Source of the DNA: Minisyncoccia bacterium
Lineage (GTDB): Bacteria; Patescibacteriota; Minisyncoccia; Phycocordibacterales; Phycocordibacteraceae
Direction: 5' to 3'
Length of the DNA stretch: 64,000 nucleotides
NCBI GenBank assembly: GCA_038212075.1
Contig: JBBQUV010000001.1
Coordinates: 35,200-99,199 of the forward strand
The translations under genes were made by a program, and so were the position numbers. The notes below the pieces were generated by a model. The model did no database searches and had not been told where the DNA came from. It worked only from the letters and a program-made list of their open reading frames with translations. This document shows positions 48,207 to 57,835 of this stretch, piece by piece. Numbering within the stretch: the first letter of the stretch is position 1; every line of letters starts with the position of its first letter.

Positions 48207-48787
48207 CCACCTATATTCTTCACGGAGGATATGTGAGGCACAGTAATGAATCTAACGATGCTTACTATCGTAGAGTAATTGAGCTTGTGCCCGAGGGAGG
48301 AACTATACTTTTTGTATACTTTGCCGCTCGTAACGACGAAGGAAATTATGAGGAACTCTATACTGCACAGAAGATGCAGATGGAGCAATTCGTAAATGGT
48401 AAACGCCTGACGTACGTATGTGCCACTCCAGAACACTTTCTTGAAGAAATTAAAAATGCAGACGCAGTACTTATGCGTGGAGGAAGTACCAATACATTAT
48501 TGGAAACGTTACGAACATATCCAGATTTAAAAAACGCGTTTGAAGATAAGGTGGTAACCGGTTCATCTGCTGGCGCATACGCTATCGCCGCATATAACTA
48601 TGACAAGTCACAGCGCACTATGCGCACTGGTCTAGGGCTACTTCAAGTTCGCGCGGTATGTCACTACCAGAGTGAAAACGAAGAAAATTGCGTGGATGAC
48701 GATGGTGTGACAATTATGAACGCTGTCCATGGGGAGCTACCGCTTATTGTTCTAAAGGATCACGAGTGGAAAGAATTCACCGTATGA
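48203..48787 (+). CDS. Peptidase E / S51 (class I GATase-like fold) protein
   Basis: ILHGG, MRGGST, GSSAGA, GLGLL, CHY. Confidence 0.75.
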   Translation: MTTYILHGGYVRHSNESNDAYYRRVIELVPEGGTILFVYFAARNDEGNYEELYTAQKMQMEQFVNGKRLTYVCATPEHFLEEIKNADAVLMRGGSTNTLLETLRTYPDLKNAFEDKVVTGSSAGAYAIAAYNYDKSQRTMRTGLGLLQVRAVCHYQSENEENCVDDDGVTIMNAVHGELPLIVLKDHEWKEFTV

Positions 48788-49581
48788 ATCCAATTGAAAA
48801 ATACGATGCGCGGGTGGAGAAGGTAAATTCGCTTTTGTGCGTAGGACTGGACGCTGATTTTGAAAAAATTCCGGAACGATTCAAAACGTTATCAAACCCT
48901 CAGTTTGCTTTCAATAAATACATTATTGATGAGACGCACGAATACGCCGCGGCATATAAACCAAACGCCGCATTTTATGAAGCTCGCGGGGACAGAGGGC
49001 TTCGCGAACTTAAAATGACCATGGATTATCTTACGGAAAACCATCCAGATGTCTTCACTATATACGATGCAAAACGTGCAGACATTGGAAATACCAATAC
49101 GGGATATGTTTCTGCCATTTTTGATTGGCTTGGGTTTGATGCCATCACCCTTCATCCGTATCTTGGTGGAGAAGCACTCTCGCCGTTTCTAGAGCGAAAA
49201 GATAAGGTAAGTATTGTGCTGTGCCGCACGTCTAATCCTGATTCCAATGAATTTCAAAATCTTGTGGCGGATGGAAAACCATTGTGGCACCATGTGGCAG
49301 AACGCGTCGCAAAGCAATGGAACAAAAACGCCAACTGCATGCTTGTTGTTGGCGCTACGTATCCGGAAGAAATGAAAGCCATCCGTGCCATCGTTGGCGA
49401 CATGACGTTTCTTGTGCCTGGTATTGGTGCACAAGGTGGGGACGTGAAGGCAGTGGTTGAAGCAGGGAAAAATGCTGCGGGAAAGGGACTCATTATAAAT
49501 TCCTCTCGAGGTATTATATTTAGTGATGATCCACATGAAGAAGCAAAGAAATTGAGAGACGAAATTAATCTGTACCGCTAA
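48784..49581 (+). CDS. pyrF: Orotidine-5'-phosphate decarboxylase
   Basis: LCVGLD, YKPNAAFYE, DAKRADIGNT, RTSNP, VVGAT, PGIGAQGG. Confidence 0.95.
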   Translation: MNPIEKYDARVEKVNSLLCVGLDADFEKIPERFKTLSNPQFAFNKYIIDETHEYAAAYKPNAAFYEARGDRGLRELKMTMDYLTENHPDVFTIYDAKRADIGNTNTGYVSAIFDWLGFDAITLHPYLGGEALSPFLERKDKVSIVLCRTSNPDSNEFQNLVADGKPLWHHVAERVAKQWNKNANCMLVVGATYPEEMKAIRAIVGDMTFLVPGIGAQGGDVKAVVEAGKNAAGKGLIINSSRGIIFSDDPHEEAKKLRDEINLYR

Positions 49582-49604
49582 TCGTTCAGGTGTATACTTT
49601 ATAT

Positions 49605-49940
49605 ATGAATATACTTCTTCACTGGCTTATATCCGCACTCGCTATTCTTGTGGCGGCATTTCTCATTCCGGGCGTACAGATCTCCATTATTAGTGCCTTT
49701 GTGCTTGCCGTTGTGCTTGGACTCATCAACATAACCCTCAAGCCCATTCTGTTTGTCCTTACTCTTCCGGTCACCATTCTTACGCTCGGGTTATTCTCGC
49801 TCGTACTAAACGCACTTCTTATTATGCTCGCGGCGTTTATTGTGCCGGGCTTCATTGTTGCTGGATTTTGGTCAGCGCTTTTGTTCGCACTTGTCCTCTC
49901 CCTTATTAATCTTCTCTTTGGACAAGGCTGGAAGCTCTAA
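49605..49940 (+). CDS. YvlD-like / phage-holin-family 4TM protein
   Basis: KPILFVLTLPVTILTLGLFSLVLNA. Confidence 0.85.
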   Translation: MNILLHWLISALAILVAAFLIPGVQISIISAFVLAVVLGLINITLKPILFVLTLPVTILTLGLFSLVLNALLIMLAAFIVPGFIVAGFWSALLFALVLSLINLLFGQGWKL

Positions 49941-49945
49941 CCGAT

Positions 49946-50428
49946 ATGAAAAGGCGCCAACGCTTTGGCGGCTATGTCGCGCTTATGGCGACCATTGTTA
50001 TTTCGCTCATGCTTCTTGTGATGGTTGCTGAAGAAGAATTTTCTGGATGGCACATTCGTTTCAATGTGCTTGGCACTGAACAAAAAGAAGAAGCGGACGC
50101 GCTTGCCGACGGCTGTGCGAACCAAGCACTTGCGCGTCTTATTACTGACCCACTGTTTAGTGGAGGCGCTCTAAACCAACTGCCGTCTGGGACTTGCTAC
50201 GTGTACCCTATTACGGTTTCAGACACTGGCGATGTGCTTATTCGCGTGCAGGCGCGAGTGGGTGATGCACTTCTGGAACGCGCTACTGTTTCCAATCTCG
50301 CGTTTTCCACAAACATCAGCACCATTCATATCGGCACCGCAACAGACGCGAGCTACGGTCTTGTTGGTGTCGAGCCACCGTCACTAGACATAACCCCCGG
50401 TTCTTGGCAGGAAGTTCCGACAAATTAA
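49946..50428 (+). CDS. PilX-like minor pilin
   Basis: FGGYVALMATIVIS, LADGCANQALARL, WQEV C-terminus. Confidence 0.65.
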   Translation: MKRRQRFGGYVALMATIVISLMLLVMVAEEEFSGWHIRFNVLGTEQKEEADALADGCANQALARLITDPLFSGGALNQLPSGTCYVYPITVSDTGDVLIRVQARVGDALLERATVSNLAFSTNISTIHIGTATDASYGLVGVEPPSLDITPGSWQEVPTN

Positions 50429-50481
50429 CTATCCACATCCTGCACTCTCTCCAGGTAATGGAGGGGTACAATGCTAACAAT

Positions 50482-50976
50482 ATGAAAAAACAAAACTTCG
50501 TTCGCGGTTTTACGCTTATTGAAATTCTTGTTGTTATCGGTATCATCGCGGTGCTCGCTGGCATTGTGATTGTCGCTATTAACCCCGCAAAGCAATTTGC
50601 TCAAGCGCGTAACACCGAACGTCAGTCAAATGTAACCGCAATTCTTAATGCCATCGGTCAGCGTATTGCAGACAATAAAGGAATTTTTGCGGGTAACTAT
50701 GTGGTATCGGGAACAACGTATACCTGTGACGCACTTCCACTGACTCCTTCAGATATAAAAAGCGGTGGAGTTGATCTCGGAAAATGCCTTATCCCAACGT
50801 ATATCTCTACACAAATTCCTGTTGATCCAAACGGAGGTTTTTGGACTGACGTCACCGACTACGATACGCAATACACCGCAGGCGTTGACGCCCTTGGTCG
50901 AGTAACCGTGTGTGCGCCAAAGGCAGCACTTGAAACTTCCATTCCGGACGTTAAGGAGATCTGCATAACTCGCTAG
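50482..50976 (+). CDS. Type IV pilin / pseudopilin
   Basis: RGFTLIEILVVIGIIAVLA prepilin site; INPAKQFAQARNTER. Confidence 0.92.
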   Translation: MKKQNFVRGFTLIEILVVIGIIAVLAGIVIVAINPAKQFAQARNTERQSNVTAILNAIGQRIADNKGIFAGNYVVSGTTYTCDALPLTPSDIKSGGVDLGKCLIPTYISTQIPVDPNGGFWTDVTDYDTQYTAGVDALGRVTVCAPKAALETSIPDVKEICITR

Positions 50977-51035
50977 CTCTGAACTTCTGGGGCGTATAGC
51001 AAGGGGTTTTCATCCTGTTATACTGGTATGAAGCT

Positions 51036-52214
51036 ATGAAAATCGTTTTGACGGGCGGCGGCACGGGCGGGCATTTCTATCCGCTTATTGCGATTACTGA
51101 AGCCATACACGAAATAGTGGGGGAGCGCCGTTTGGTGCCGCCGCAAATCTATTACTTCGCACCAGCACCCTATGACGACGAAGCGTTGTTTGAAAACGGT
51201 ATTGTATTTGTCAAAATTCCTGCAGGAAAAATGCGCCGATACAAAGCGCTCTCGAATACACTGCACAATATTCTTGACCTTGGCCTTACGGCGCTTGGTT
51301 TTTTTGAAGCGCTTCTTGAACTGTTTCGCATGTATCCGGATATTATTATCTCAAAAGGTGGCTATGGCAGTGTACCGGTAGTGCTTGCCGCAAAAGTAAT
51401 CGGCATCCCTATCATCATTCATGAATCAGACAGTAAACCGGGGCGCGCAAACCTTCTTGCCTCGCGTTTTGCAACACGTATAGGAATAGCCTTTGAAGCG
51501 GCGGCGCTCGCATTTCCCCCTAAAGTACGCGGCAACATCGCTCTTGTTGGTATTCCTATTCGTCGTGAGGTGGCACGTCCGGAAGTGGAAGGAGCAAAGC
51601 AAGAGCTCGGTCTTGATCAAAACGCACCCACCGTACTTATTTTGGGCGGATCCACCGGATCTGCACGTATTAATGAAACCGTGCTTACGGCACTTCCTGA
51701 CTTGGTGGCGTTTGCAAACGTGATTCACCAAACAGGTAAAAAAGAAATTGAAAGTGTGAAAAGCACGAGCAGTGTTATCTTGGGCAAGAATCCACATGCC
51801 GAACGCTACCATCCGTTTGCGTACTTATCTGCGCAATCCATTCGCCGCGCCGCAGGCGCGGCAGACATTATCATTTCGCGCGCGGGATCAACCGCTATCG
51901 CAGAACTTTCGCTTTGGAAAAAGCCGGCAATTCTTATTCCTATTCCAGAATCGCTTAGTCACGATCAGCGCACAAACGCCTACGCCTACGCGCATACTGG
52001 CGCCGCAGAAGTCTTGGAAGAAGCAAATATGACTCCACACGTACTTGTCTCCGAAGCAAAGCGGATAACAAGCAACCACGCACTTGCGCAATCTATGGGT
52101 CAAAAAGGCGGGTCCTTTATGCCGGGAGATGCCGCACGCCTTATTGCGGAAGAAGCATTGCGTATCGCACTTACCCACGAGGAAGATCCCCTTCCTCCAC
52201 AGCAGTCGGTATGA
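51036..52214 (+). CDS. murG: MurG glycosyltransferase
   Basis: TGGGTGGHFYP, KGGYGS, HESD, LGGSTG, SRAG. Confidence 0.93.
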   Translation: MKIVLTGGGTGGHFYPLIAITEAIHEIVGERRLVPPQIYYFAPAPYDDEALFENGIVFVKIPAGKMRRYKALSNTLHNILDLGLTALGFFEALLELFRMYPDIIISKGGYGSVPVVLAAKVIGIPIIIHESDSKPGRANLLASRFATRIGIAFEAAALAFPPKVRGNIALVGIPIRREVARPEVEGAKQELGLDQNAPTVLILGGSTGSARINETVLTALPDLVAFANVIHQTGKKEIESVKSTSSVILGKNPHAERYHPFAYLSAQSIRRAAGAADIIISRAGSTAIAELSLWKKPAILIPIPESLSHDQRTNAYAYAHTGAAEVLEEANMTPHVLVSEAKRITSNHALAQSMGQKGGSFMPGDAARLIAEEALRIALTHEEDPLPPQQSV

Positions 52215-53641
52215 ACGTACGCACACGTTTTGCACCAAGTCCCACTGGGTTCATGCACGTCGGCGGCGTGCGCACCGCACTCTATGCGTGGCTCTATGCT
52301 CGCCAGCATAACGGGCAATTTATTTTACGTATTGAAGACACGGATAAGGGCAGGGAAGTGGAAGGATCTATTGGGCACATTATTGAATCTTTGAAATGGC
52401 TTGGTATTGAATGGGATGAAGGAATAGACAAGGGTGGACCCTACGAACCGTATTTGCAGTCTGCACGGCTCGCGTCGTATAAAAAATATGCAGAGCAGTT
52501 AGTGGCAAAGGGGTTTGCCTATCCTGATCCGTATTCGAGCGTCGAATTGGAAGCGTTTCGCAAAAAAGCAGAAGATGAAAAACGTCCCTTTTTATTTCGT
52601 GACCACCGTCCGGAAACATTTGGTACATGGGACGGTGTTCAAGCGCTTCGCTTTAAGGTGCCAGAGGTAAAACGCTATACCTGGAATGACATTGTTCGTG
52701 GCGAACTTTCTGCAGGTGTAGAAGCGTTGGATGACTTCATTTTGATAAAGGCTGACGGATACCCAACCTACAACTTTGCGCACGTGATTGATGACCTTGA
52801 AATGGACATCACGCACATTATGCGTGGCGAAGAGTTTATTTCATCCACTCCAAAATTTTTGTCGCTCTATGATGCGCTTGATATTGATCGACCGGAAATT
52901 GCTACTCTGCCAGTTATTTTGGGCGAAGAAGGAACAAAGAAGCTTGGCAAGCGCGATGGCGCAAAAGATATTTTGGAATATCGCGATGAAGGCTACATGC
53001 CCGAAGCAATGATGAATTTTCTTGCGCTTCTTGGATGGCATCCGGAAGGTGACAACGAACTATTGTCGGCACAAGAAATTATGGGTGCGTTTGATATACA
53101 AAAAGTCCAAAAAGGTGGCGCACGGTTTGATGACCAAAAACTGCTTCACATTAACCAAGCGTGGATGCGAAAGCTTTCGGACGAAGAATATATTGCGCGC
53201 GGAGCATTTGAAGCAGATCCTAAATTGGCACAGATTGTGCCCATGCTGAAAGAGCGCGCCCGCACCTTTGGTGAGGCGCGTCACATGCTTACGGGAGAAC
53301 TCGCGCATCTTTTTTCCACACCATCTCTTGAGCCAGAAAAACTCGTGCATAAGGAACCGGAGGGGAGGAAAGGGCTTACACTTTCTGCGCTCAAAACCGC
53401 CGAAGAAATCATACAAACGCTTCCAGAAGGCGTATCTATCGAATCGGTAAAAGAGGCACTGATGCCACTTGCCGACGCTGAAGAAGTAAAAGGGAAGGGA
53501 GGTAGAGGGGGCGTGCTGTGGCCGCTTCGCTATGCCCTTTCTGGAGCCGACCGTTCACCTGACCCTTTTACTATTATTTCCATACTAGGACCTAAAGAAT
53601 CCTCCGAGCGTATCTTGAAAGCACTTGCTATACTGGAATAG
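52211..53641 (+). CDS. gltX: Glutamate--tRNA ligase
   Basis: RFAPSPTGFMHVGG, LRIEDTD, KKLGKR. Confidence 0.96.
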   Translation: MNVRTRFAPSPTGFMHVGGVRTALYAWLYARQHNGQFILRIEDTDKGREVEGSIGHIIESLKWLGIEWDEGIDKGGPYEPYLQSARLASYKKYAEQLVAKGFAYPDPYSSVELEAFRKKAEDEKRPFLFRDHRPETFGTWDGVQALRFKVPEVKRYTWNDIVRGELSAGVEALDDFILIKADGYPTYNFAHVIDDLEMDITHIMRGEEFISSTPKFLSLYDALDIDRPEIATLPVILGEEGTKKLGKRDGAKDILEYRDEGYMPEAMMNFLALLGWHPEGDNELLSAQEIMGAFDIQKVQKGGARFDDQKLLHINQAWMRKLSDEEYIARGAFEADPKLAQIVPMLKERARTFGEARHMLTGELAHLFSTPSLEPEKLVHKEPEGRKGLTLSALKTAEEIIQTLPEGVSIESVKEALMPLADAEEVKGKGGRGGVLWPLRYALSGADRSPDPFTIISILGPKESSERILKALAILE

Positions 53642-54838
53642 ATGAATTGTGCCCGTCGCTCATGTGCCATCTTTCTCATGTTGCTCATGTTTCCGCTTGC
53701 TTTGTATGCGCAGGACGCTACGGAAAGCACCGGTCAAGCATCTGCGCTTGAACAGCAAATCGCTGCGTATAAAACACAACTAAAAACGCTCGGCGCGCAA
53801 AAGCAAACACTACAGTCAACCATTCAGTCTTTGGATATTTCTCGTTCGGAAATAACGGCACAAATTAAACTCACGCAAAGTAAAATTGGGGACGCGAACG
53901 TTGCGTTGAAAGGGTTGTCATCAGATATTTTGAATAAAGAAGATGCTATCTCACTTGAAAAGGCCGGTGTATCCGGTTCGTTGCGTGACGTTGCCATTTT
54001 AGACGATCACCCACTTGCCGCCGTAGTATTTTCTTCAGATTCATTTGGGAAAGCGTGGGCGGCGATAGACGCTGATACGGTACTTGCCGCATCGCTTCAA
54101 GATCACACAAAAAACCTTGCCTCGGCAAAAACGATACTGGTGGGAAGACAAACAAAAGTGACGGCGGCAAAAAAAGACCTTTCGAATTTAAGCATTGATT
54201 TGTTAAATCAACAGCGGTCACTTGATGCAAATAAAAAACAAAAGCAGGCGCTCTTAGCTCAAACGAAAAACAGTGAAGGAAATTATCAAAAATTACTTGC
54301 TTCAGCACAAGCAGAACTCATCAGTCTTACCGCCTTTACCGCGGGTGGTAGCGCACTCGGCACACAAACCATTTGTGATGATTGGGGTTGCTACTACAAC
54401 CAACGCGACTCTGCGTGGGGAAGTATTCCACTGAACGGTACTCGCTACACACTTCTTTCTGCTGGATGCTTGGTTACGTCTATGGCGATGGTGATGACGC
54501 ATTATGGATATAAAAATGTAACACCTGTCACTATTAATTCGAATCCAGCAAACTTCACTGCATACGCGCCGCTTCTCCTTAAAACCGTGTATGCCGCAGG
54601 AGTATCCGCAACGCGTGTTGATGCCACTATGGACGCCGTGCTTGCTACGGGCAATCCAGTGGTTGTGGGGCTTCACCCGACTAAGGGCGCCACGCACTTT
54701 GTGGTAATCACGAGCGGCAGTAACGGTTCCTATCTTATGCGCGATCCGTGGATTGCTGGTGCAAAAGACGTTAGTTTTACTGCACACTACAGCTTGGCAA
54801 GCATCTACCAAGTAAGTAAGGTCGTCGTTGGTGGTTAA
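53642..54838 (+). CDS. Secreted coiled-coil protein with C39-like cysteine peptidase domain
   Basis: YYNQRDSAW, GCLVTSMAMV, THFVVI, MRDP. Confidence 0.85.
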   Translation: MNCARRSCAIFLMLLMFPLALYAQDATESTGQASALEQQIAAYKTQLKTLGAQKQTLQSTIQSLDISRSEITAQIKLTQSKIGDANVALKGLSSDILNKEDAISLEKAGVSGSLRDVAILDDHPLAAVVFSSDSFGKAWAAIDADTVLAASLQDHTKNLASAKTILVGRQTKVTAAKKDLSNLSIDLLNQQRSLDANKKQKQALLAQTKNSEGNYQKLLASAQAELISLTAFTAGGSALGTQTICDDWGCYYNQRDSAWGSIPLNGTRYTLLSAGCLVTSMAMVMTHYGYKNVTPVTINSNPANFTAYAPLLLKTVYAAGVSATRVDATMDAVLATGNPVVVGLHPTKGATHFVVITSGSNGSYLMRDPWIAGAKDVSFTAHYSLASIYQVSKVVVGG

Positions 54839-55446
54839 AGTCCTGCGGTCGGTATTTTGTGCCACTTATTTGAATAGAGGTGCCAGTTTGAAACGTTGGA
54901 TTTTTGTATCGCGTCCCACATGGCTTTTGCTGATTTTGTATAGAGTTTTTTATCGCGCACCAGCTTTCGATTCATTTTTAGTTTTTTCGGGAGTAGGGAA
55001 CCGCGCTCCTCGAGCTCTTTGAGTTCAATATCTATATCCAGATTATCCGCATCTTTTACAATCTTTGCTTCAATAGATGTGCGCGCCTCATATTCGTGGA
55101 GCGTTGTAGTGTGCAAGTCGCCAAGTATAGTATTCGCAAATAAATCTGTTGCCGCCTGCTCTTCATTTGCAGTCGCGTATACCTTCTGTATGTAGCCAAG
55201 GTCTCCGGTGCGAGTTTCAGCAATATCGTGTACGAGTGCCATTTTTAAAATCTTCTCCTCATCCTTCACACCTTCTTTACGCGCCAGTATAAGTGCAATA
55301 AAAGCGACACGAAAACTGTGTTCAAGATTCGTCGCACATTTCATGCCAAAGTGTTGCACCCACTGGCGATCAAAATTACGCATCGTGCCGATTTCGTAGA
55401 GAAAATCGATGTCGCGCGAAACGGCTTTGGGTTGCTTCTTTTTCAT
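54835..55446 (-). CDS. HD-domain phosphohydrolase (YfbR/HDDC2-like)
   Basis: EHSFRV, MALVHDIAETRTGD, VKDADNLD. Confidence 0.9.
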   Translation of the reverse strand: MKKKQPKAVSRDIDFLYEIGTMRNFDRQWVQHFGMKCATNLEHSFRVAFIALILARKEGVKDEEKILKMALVHDIAETRTGDLGYIQKVYATANEEQAATDLFANTILGDLHTTTLHEYEARTSIEAKIVKDADNLDIDIELKELEERGSLLPKKLKMNRKLVRDKKLYTKSAKAMWDAIQKSNVSNWHLYSNKWHKIPTAGL

Positions 55447-55589
55447 TACGCGAAGTATAGCGCGTGAAGAAACGACTAGACAACATAATGTTTATGTGTC
55501 GCAAAATCGTTCAGCCGAGATTCTGGGGCAGGGGATAGGGGAGTGGAATACGGCTTTTCTCCTTTTCTTTGTCGCGTTACCATATACCT

Positions 55590-55787
55590 ATGCTTCGTAT
55601 CATCTTCTACCTTGTCGTGGGAATACTTATTTTGTCGTTCTTCGGTATTTCTATTCAAAGCATTATTCACTCGCCCACCGGTCAAGAAAATTTTGGCTTT
55701 GTTGGAAATCTGCTCGCCGCGGGATTTAATTTCATTGTTGACTTCTTTGTAAGTATTATTAATTGGTTCCGTCATCTTATCCCGTAA
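55590..55787 (+). CDS. Small membrane protein
   Basis: ILILSFFGISIQSIIHSPTGQENF. Confidence 0.7.
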   Translation: MLRIIFYLVVGILILSFFGISIQSIIHSPTGQENFGFVGNLLAAGFNFIVDFFVSIINWFRHLIP

Positions 55788-55797
55788 CCCCTTTACT

Positions 55798-56052
55798 ATG
55801 GATCAAGACCCAAATAAGCCTATTTCCGTAACTATTCCGCCGGATGCTACGCCTTCGTTTACGAATGCCACTCAGGTGACCGTTTCAGACGACTCTGTAG
55901 TCATTCAATTCGCGTACCTGCGCCCCAACGCCACCGCTGGTCAGCTTATTGCAGAAGTAGTACTTTCACCCAAACACGCCATCGAATTCAGTAAGTCTTT
56001 GGACAACACGCTCAAGCAACATTTTACGAGGCATTTAAACTCAGAAGTATAG
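55798..56052 (+). CDS. DUF3467-like protein
   Basis: FTN..V.....VVIQF...VVLSPKHA. Confidence 0.75.
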   Translation: MDQDPNKPISVTIPPDATPSFTNATQVTVSDDSVVIQFAYLRPNATAGQLIAEVVLSPKHAIEFSKSLDNTLKQHFTRHLNSEV

Positions 56053-56520
56053 GTTTCTGTCTGCGACTATCCGCCGTTGTCTGCGCATTGAATGACATGG
56101 TGCTCAAGAAGCTCATCCAAGGGTGGTTTTGGATGAATTCTTTAGGGAAGGGTTTCTCCCTAGTATAGTGTCGCAAAAGATATATTGTGCGACACTCCTA
56201 TATTAAACTCCCCCACGTACAGAGCTATAAAAATGGCTGGGATTTGAATCGCACGAATTATGTTCTTCCCCACTCTTTTGTTCGCCGCTGAATTATTTTT
56301 GTGGCATGGGTTCTATACGTCCCTTTTCAGTATGTTCTGTATCAAACGTTGAACCACTTCCCCGAACAAAATTTCCTAAAACCGGGGAAGTGATCGGTCA
56401 AAAATACCGACCGTATCAGGGAAGTGACTTCCCTGTTGATAAAAGAGAAAACCGCATCGTCAGGGTGAGTTTGCGGTCCTCTCTCCTTTCGATACGGTTC
56501 GTTGTTGATGATTGTTGTGG

Positions 56521-56991
56521 TCAGCTGGCATTCCAGAGCGTCAGCGCGATGCTCTGAAGGCCGTATTGTCCGGGTCCTGCGATGACGACGACTGCCAGCA
56601 TCACCGCGTAGATCGTTTCCGGCAGGTACAACACGTCGCACACATAGTCGGCTCTGTTGATGGGTGTGTACGAGTTCACCCGCTTCATGCCGTCGGTGAG
56701 AATGGCAATACCAAGGATGCAGAGCATCCCAAGTGCCGCGAGCGGTGCAAGAACACCGCTTACCACACCGAGGCCGCCGAAGAATTCAACGCTGGGCACA
56801 AACCACTGGTTGAATCCAAGAAACGGAACGCCGCATGCCTTGAGTGTTGCCACCAGCGTCGCGTGCCGTTCCTTGTTGAACAGCTTGTGGTAGCCGGAGA
56901 TAGCAAAGAATGCTCCAACAGCCAAGCGGTTCAACAGCAGTGCAGTATCGGGCTGGCCTAACCCGTTAAGCAGAAAATCCTGAATGTTCAT
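56521..56991 (-). CDS. DoxX family membrane protein
   Basis: RLAVGAFFAISGYHKLF, VEFFGGL, GPGQYGL. Confidence 0.9.
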   Translation of the reverse strand: MNIQDFLLNGLGQPDTALLLNRLAVGAFFAISGYHKLFNKERHATLVATLKACGVPFLGFNQWFVPSVEFFGGLGVVSGVLAPLAALGMLCILGIAILTDGMKRVNSYTPINRADYVCDVLYLPETIYAVMLAVVVIAGPGQYGLQSIALTLWNAS

Positions 56992-57079
56992 ATGCGTGCC
57001 CCTTTCTAAGAGCTAAGAGTTCCTAAGCATTAAAACATATATAAAATAAAAAGCAATTATACGGGCGCAAACGTAAACT

Positions 57080-57109
57080 TGTGTATGTTGTGTATATAGT
57101 TGTGGATAA
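57080..57109. promoter_or_regulatory. One perfect DnaA box (57101-57109) and two degenerate tandem copies upstream of lexA
   Basis: tgtggataa is the reverse complement of TTATCCACA; tgtgtatgt and tgtgtatat precede it. Confidence 0.45.
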
Positions 57110-57151
57110 GTGCATAGCGTAAAGAAACGAGTCGGTGGTATTGTTTGTGTA

Positions 57152-57835
57152 ATGGCTTATCGCGTTATTCTCACTCCCGCACAAGAAGAAACGCTTTCTT
57201 TTTTGAAGCGCTATATCAAAAAGCACAAACAAGGACCAACGATTCTTGAAATTCAAAGTGAATTCAAACTGAAATCTCTTCGCAGTGTTACGCAACGCAT
57301 TGAGGGACTGGAACGCAAGGGTTTTATTTCACGAGATAAATTCCAGCACCGAAGCATTCAGATACTAGAAACAGCAAACGCCGTGCCGCTTGGGATGATT
57401 CAGGTGCCCGTCATTGCCTCTGCCGGTTGTGACGCAGTAGATGTGTACGCGCAGGATGAATTTGGTGAATACATTCTTATAAATAAGAATTTGGTGCCAC
57501 TGCATACCAACATTGCCGCTATTCGCGCCGTTGGCGACAGTATGCAAGACGCTGGCATTCGAAATGGCGACTACGTGATTGTGGAAGTAACCGATGCTGT
57601 ACAAAACGGCGACAGAGTCGTGGCAGTACTCGGAAATATGGCAGTCATTAAGCAATACTGCAAAACCGATGGGATAGTTGTATTGAATCCGGAAAACGCG
57701 AACGGTGGATACTACCCTATCGTGGTTGCTCAGGAAGACTCAAAGATTTTTGGGAAAGTGCTCAGTATTATTCCCGGAACTGAGTGGGTGGAAGATGTAA
57801 AGATTGAATATTACCCTGAGTATTCAATGACCTAA
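57152..57835 (+). CDS. lexA: LexA repressor
   Basis: LTPAQ...PTILEI...LERKGFI HTH, A-G cleavage site (SAGC), GDSM, IK. Confidence 0.9.
   Translation: MAYRVILTPAQEETLSFLKRYIKKHKQGPTILEIQSEFKLKSLRSVTQRIEGLERKGFISRDKFQHRSIQILETANAVPLGMIQVPVIASAGCDAVDVYAQDEFGEYILINKNLVPLHTNIAAIRAVGDSMQDAGIRNGDYVIVEVTDAVQNGDRVVAVLGNMAVIKQYCKTDGIVVLNPENANGGYYPIVVAQEDSKIFGKVLSIIPGTEWVEDVKIEYYPEYSMT

Noticed and set aside
49605-49940. Prophage inferred from the holin-family gene
   Set aside because: This YvlD-like family is commonly chromosomal and no phage genes flank it.
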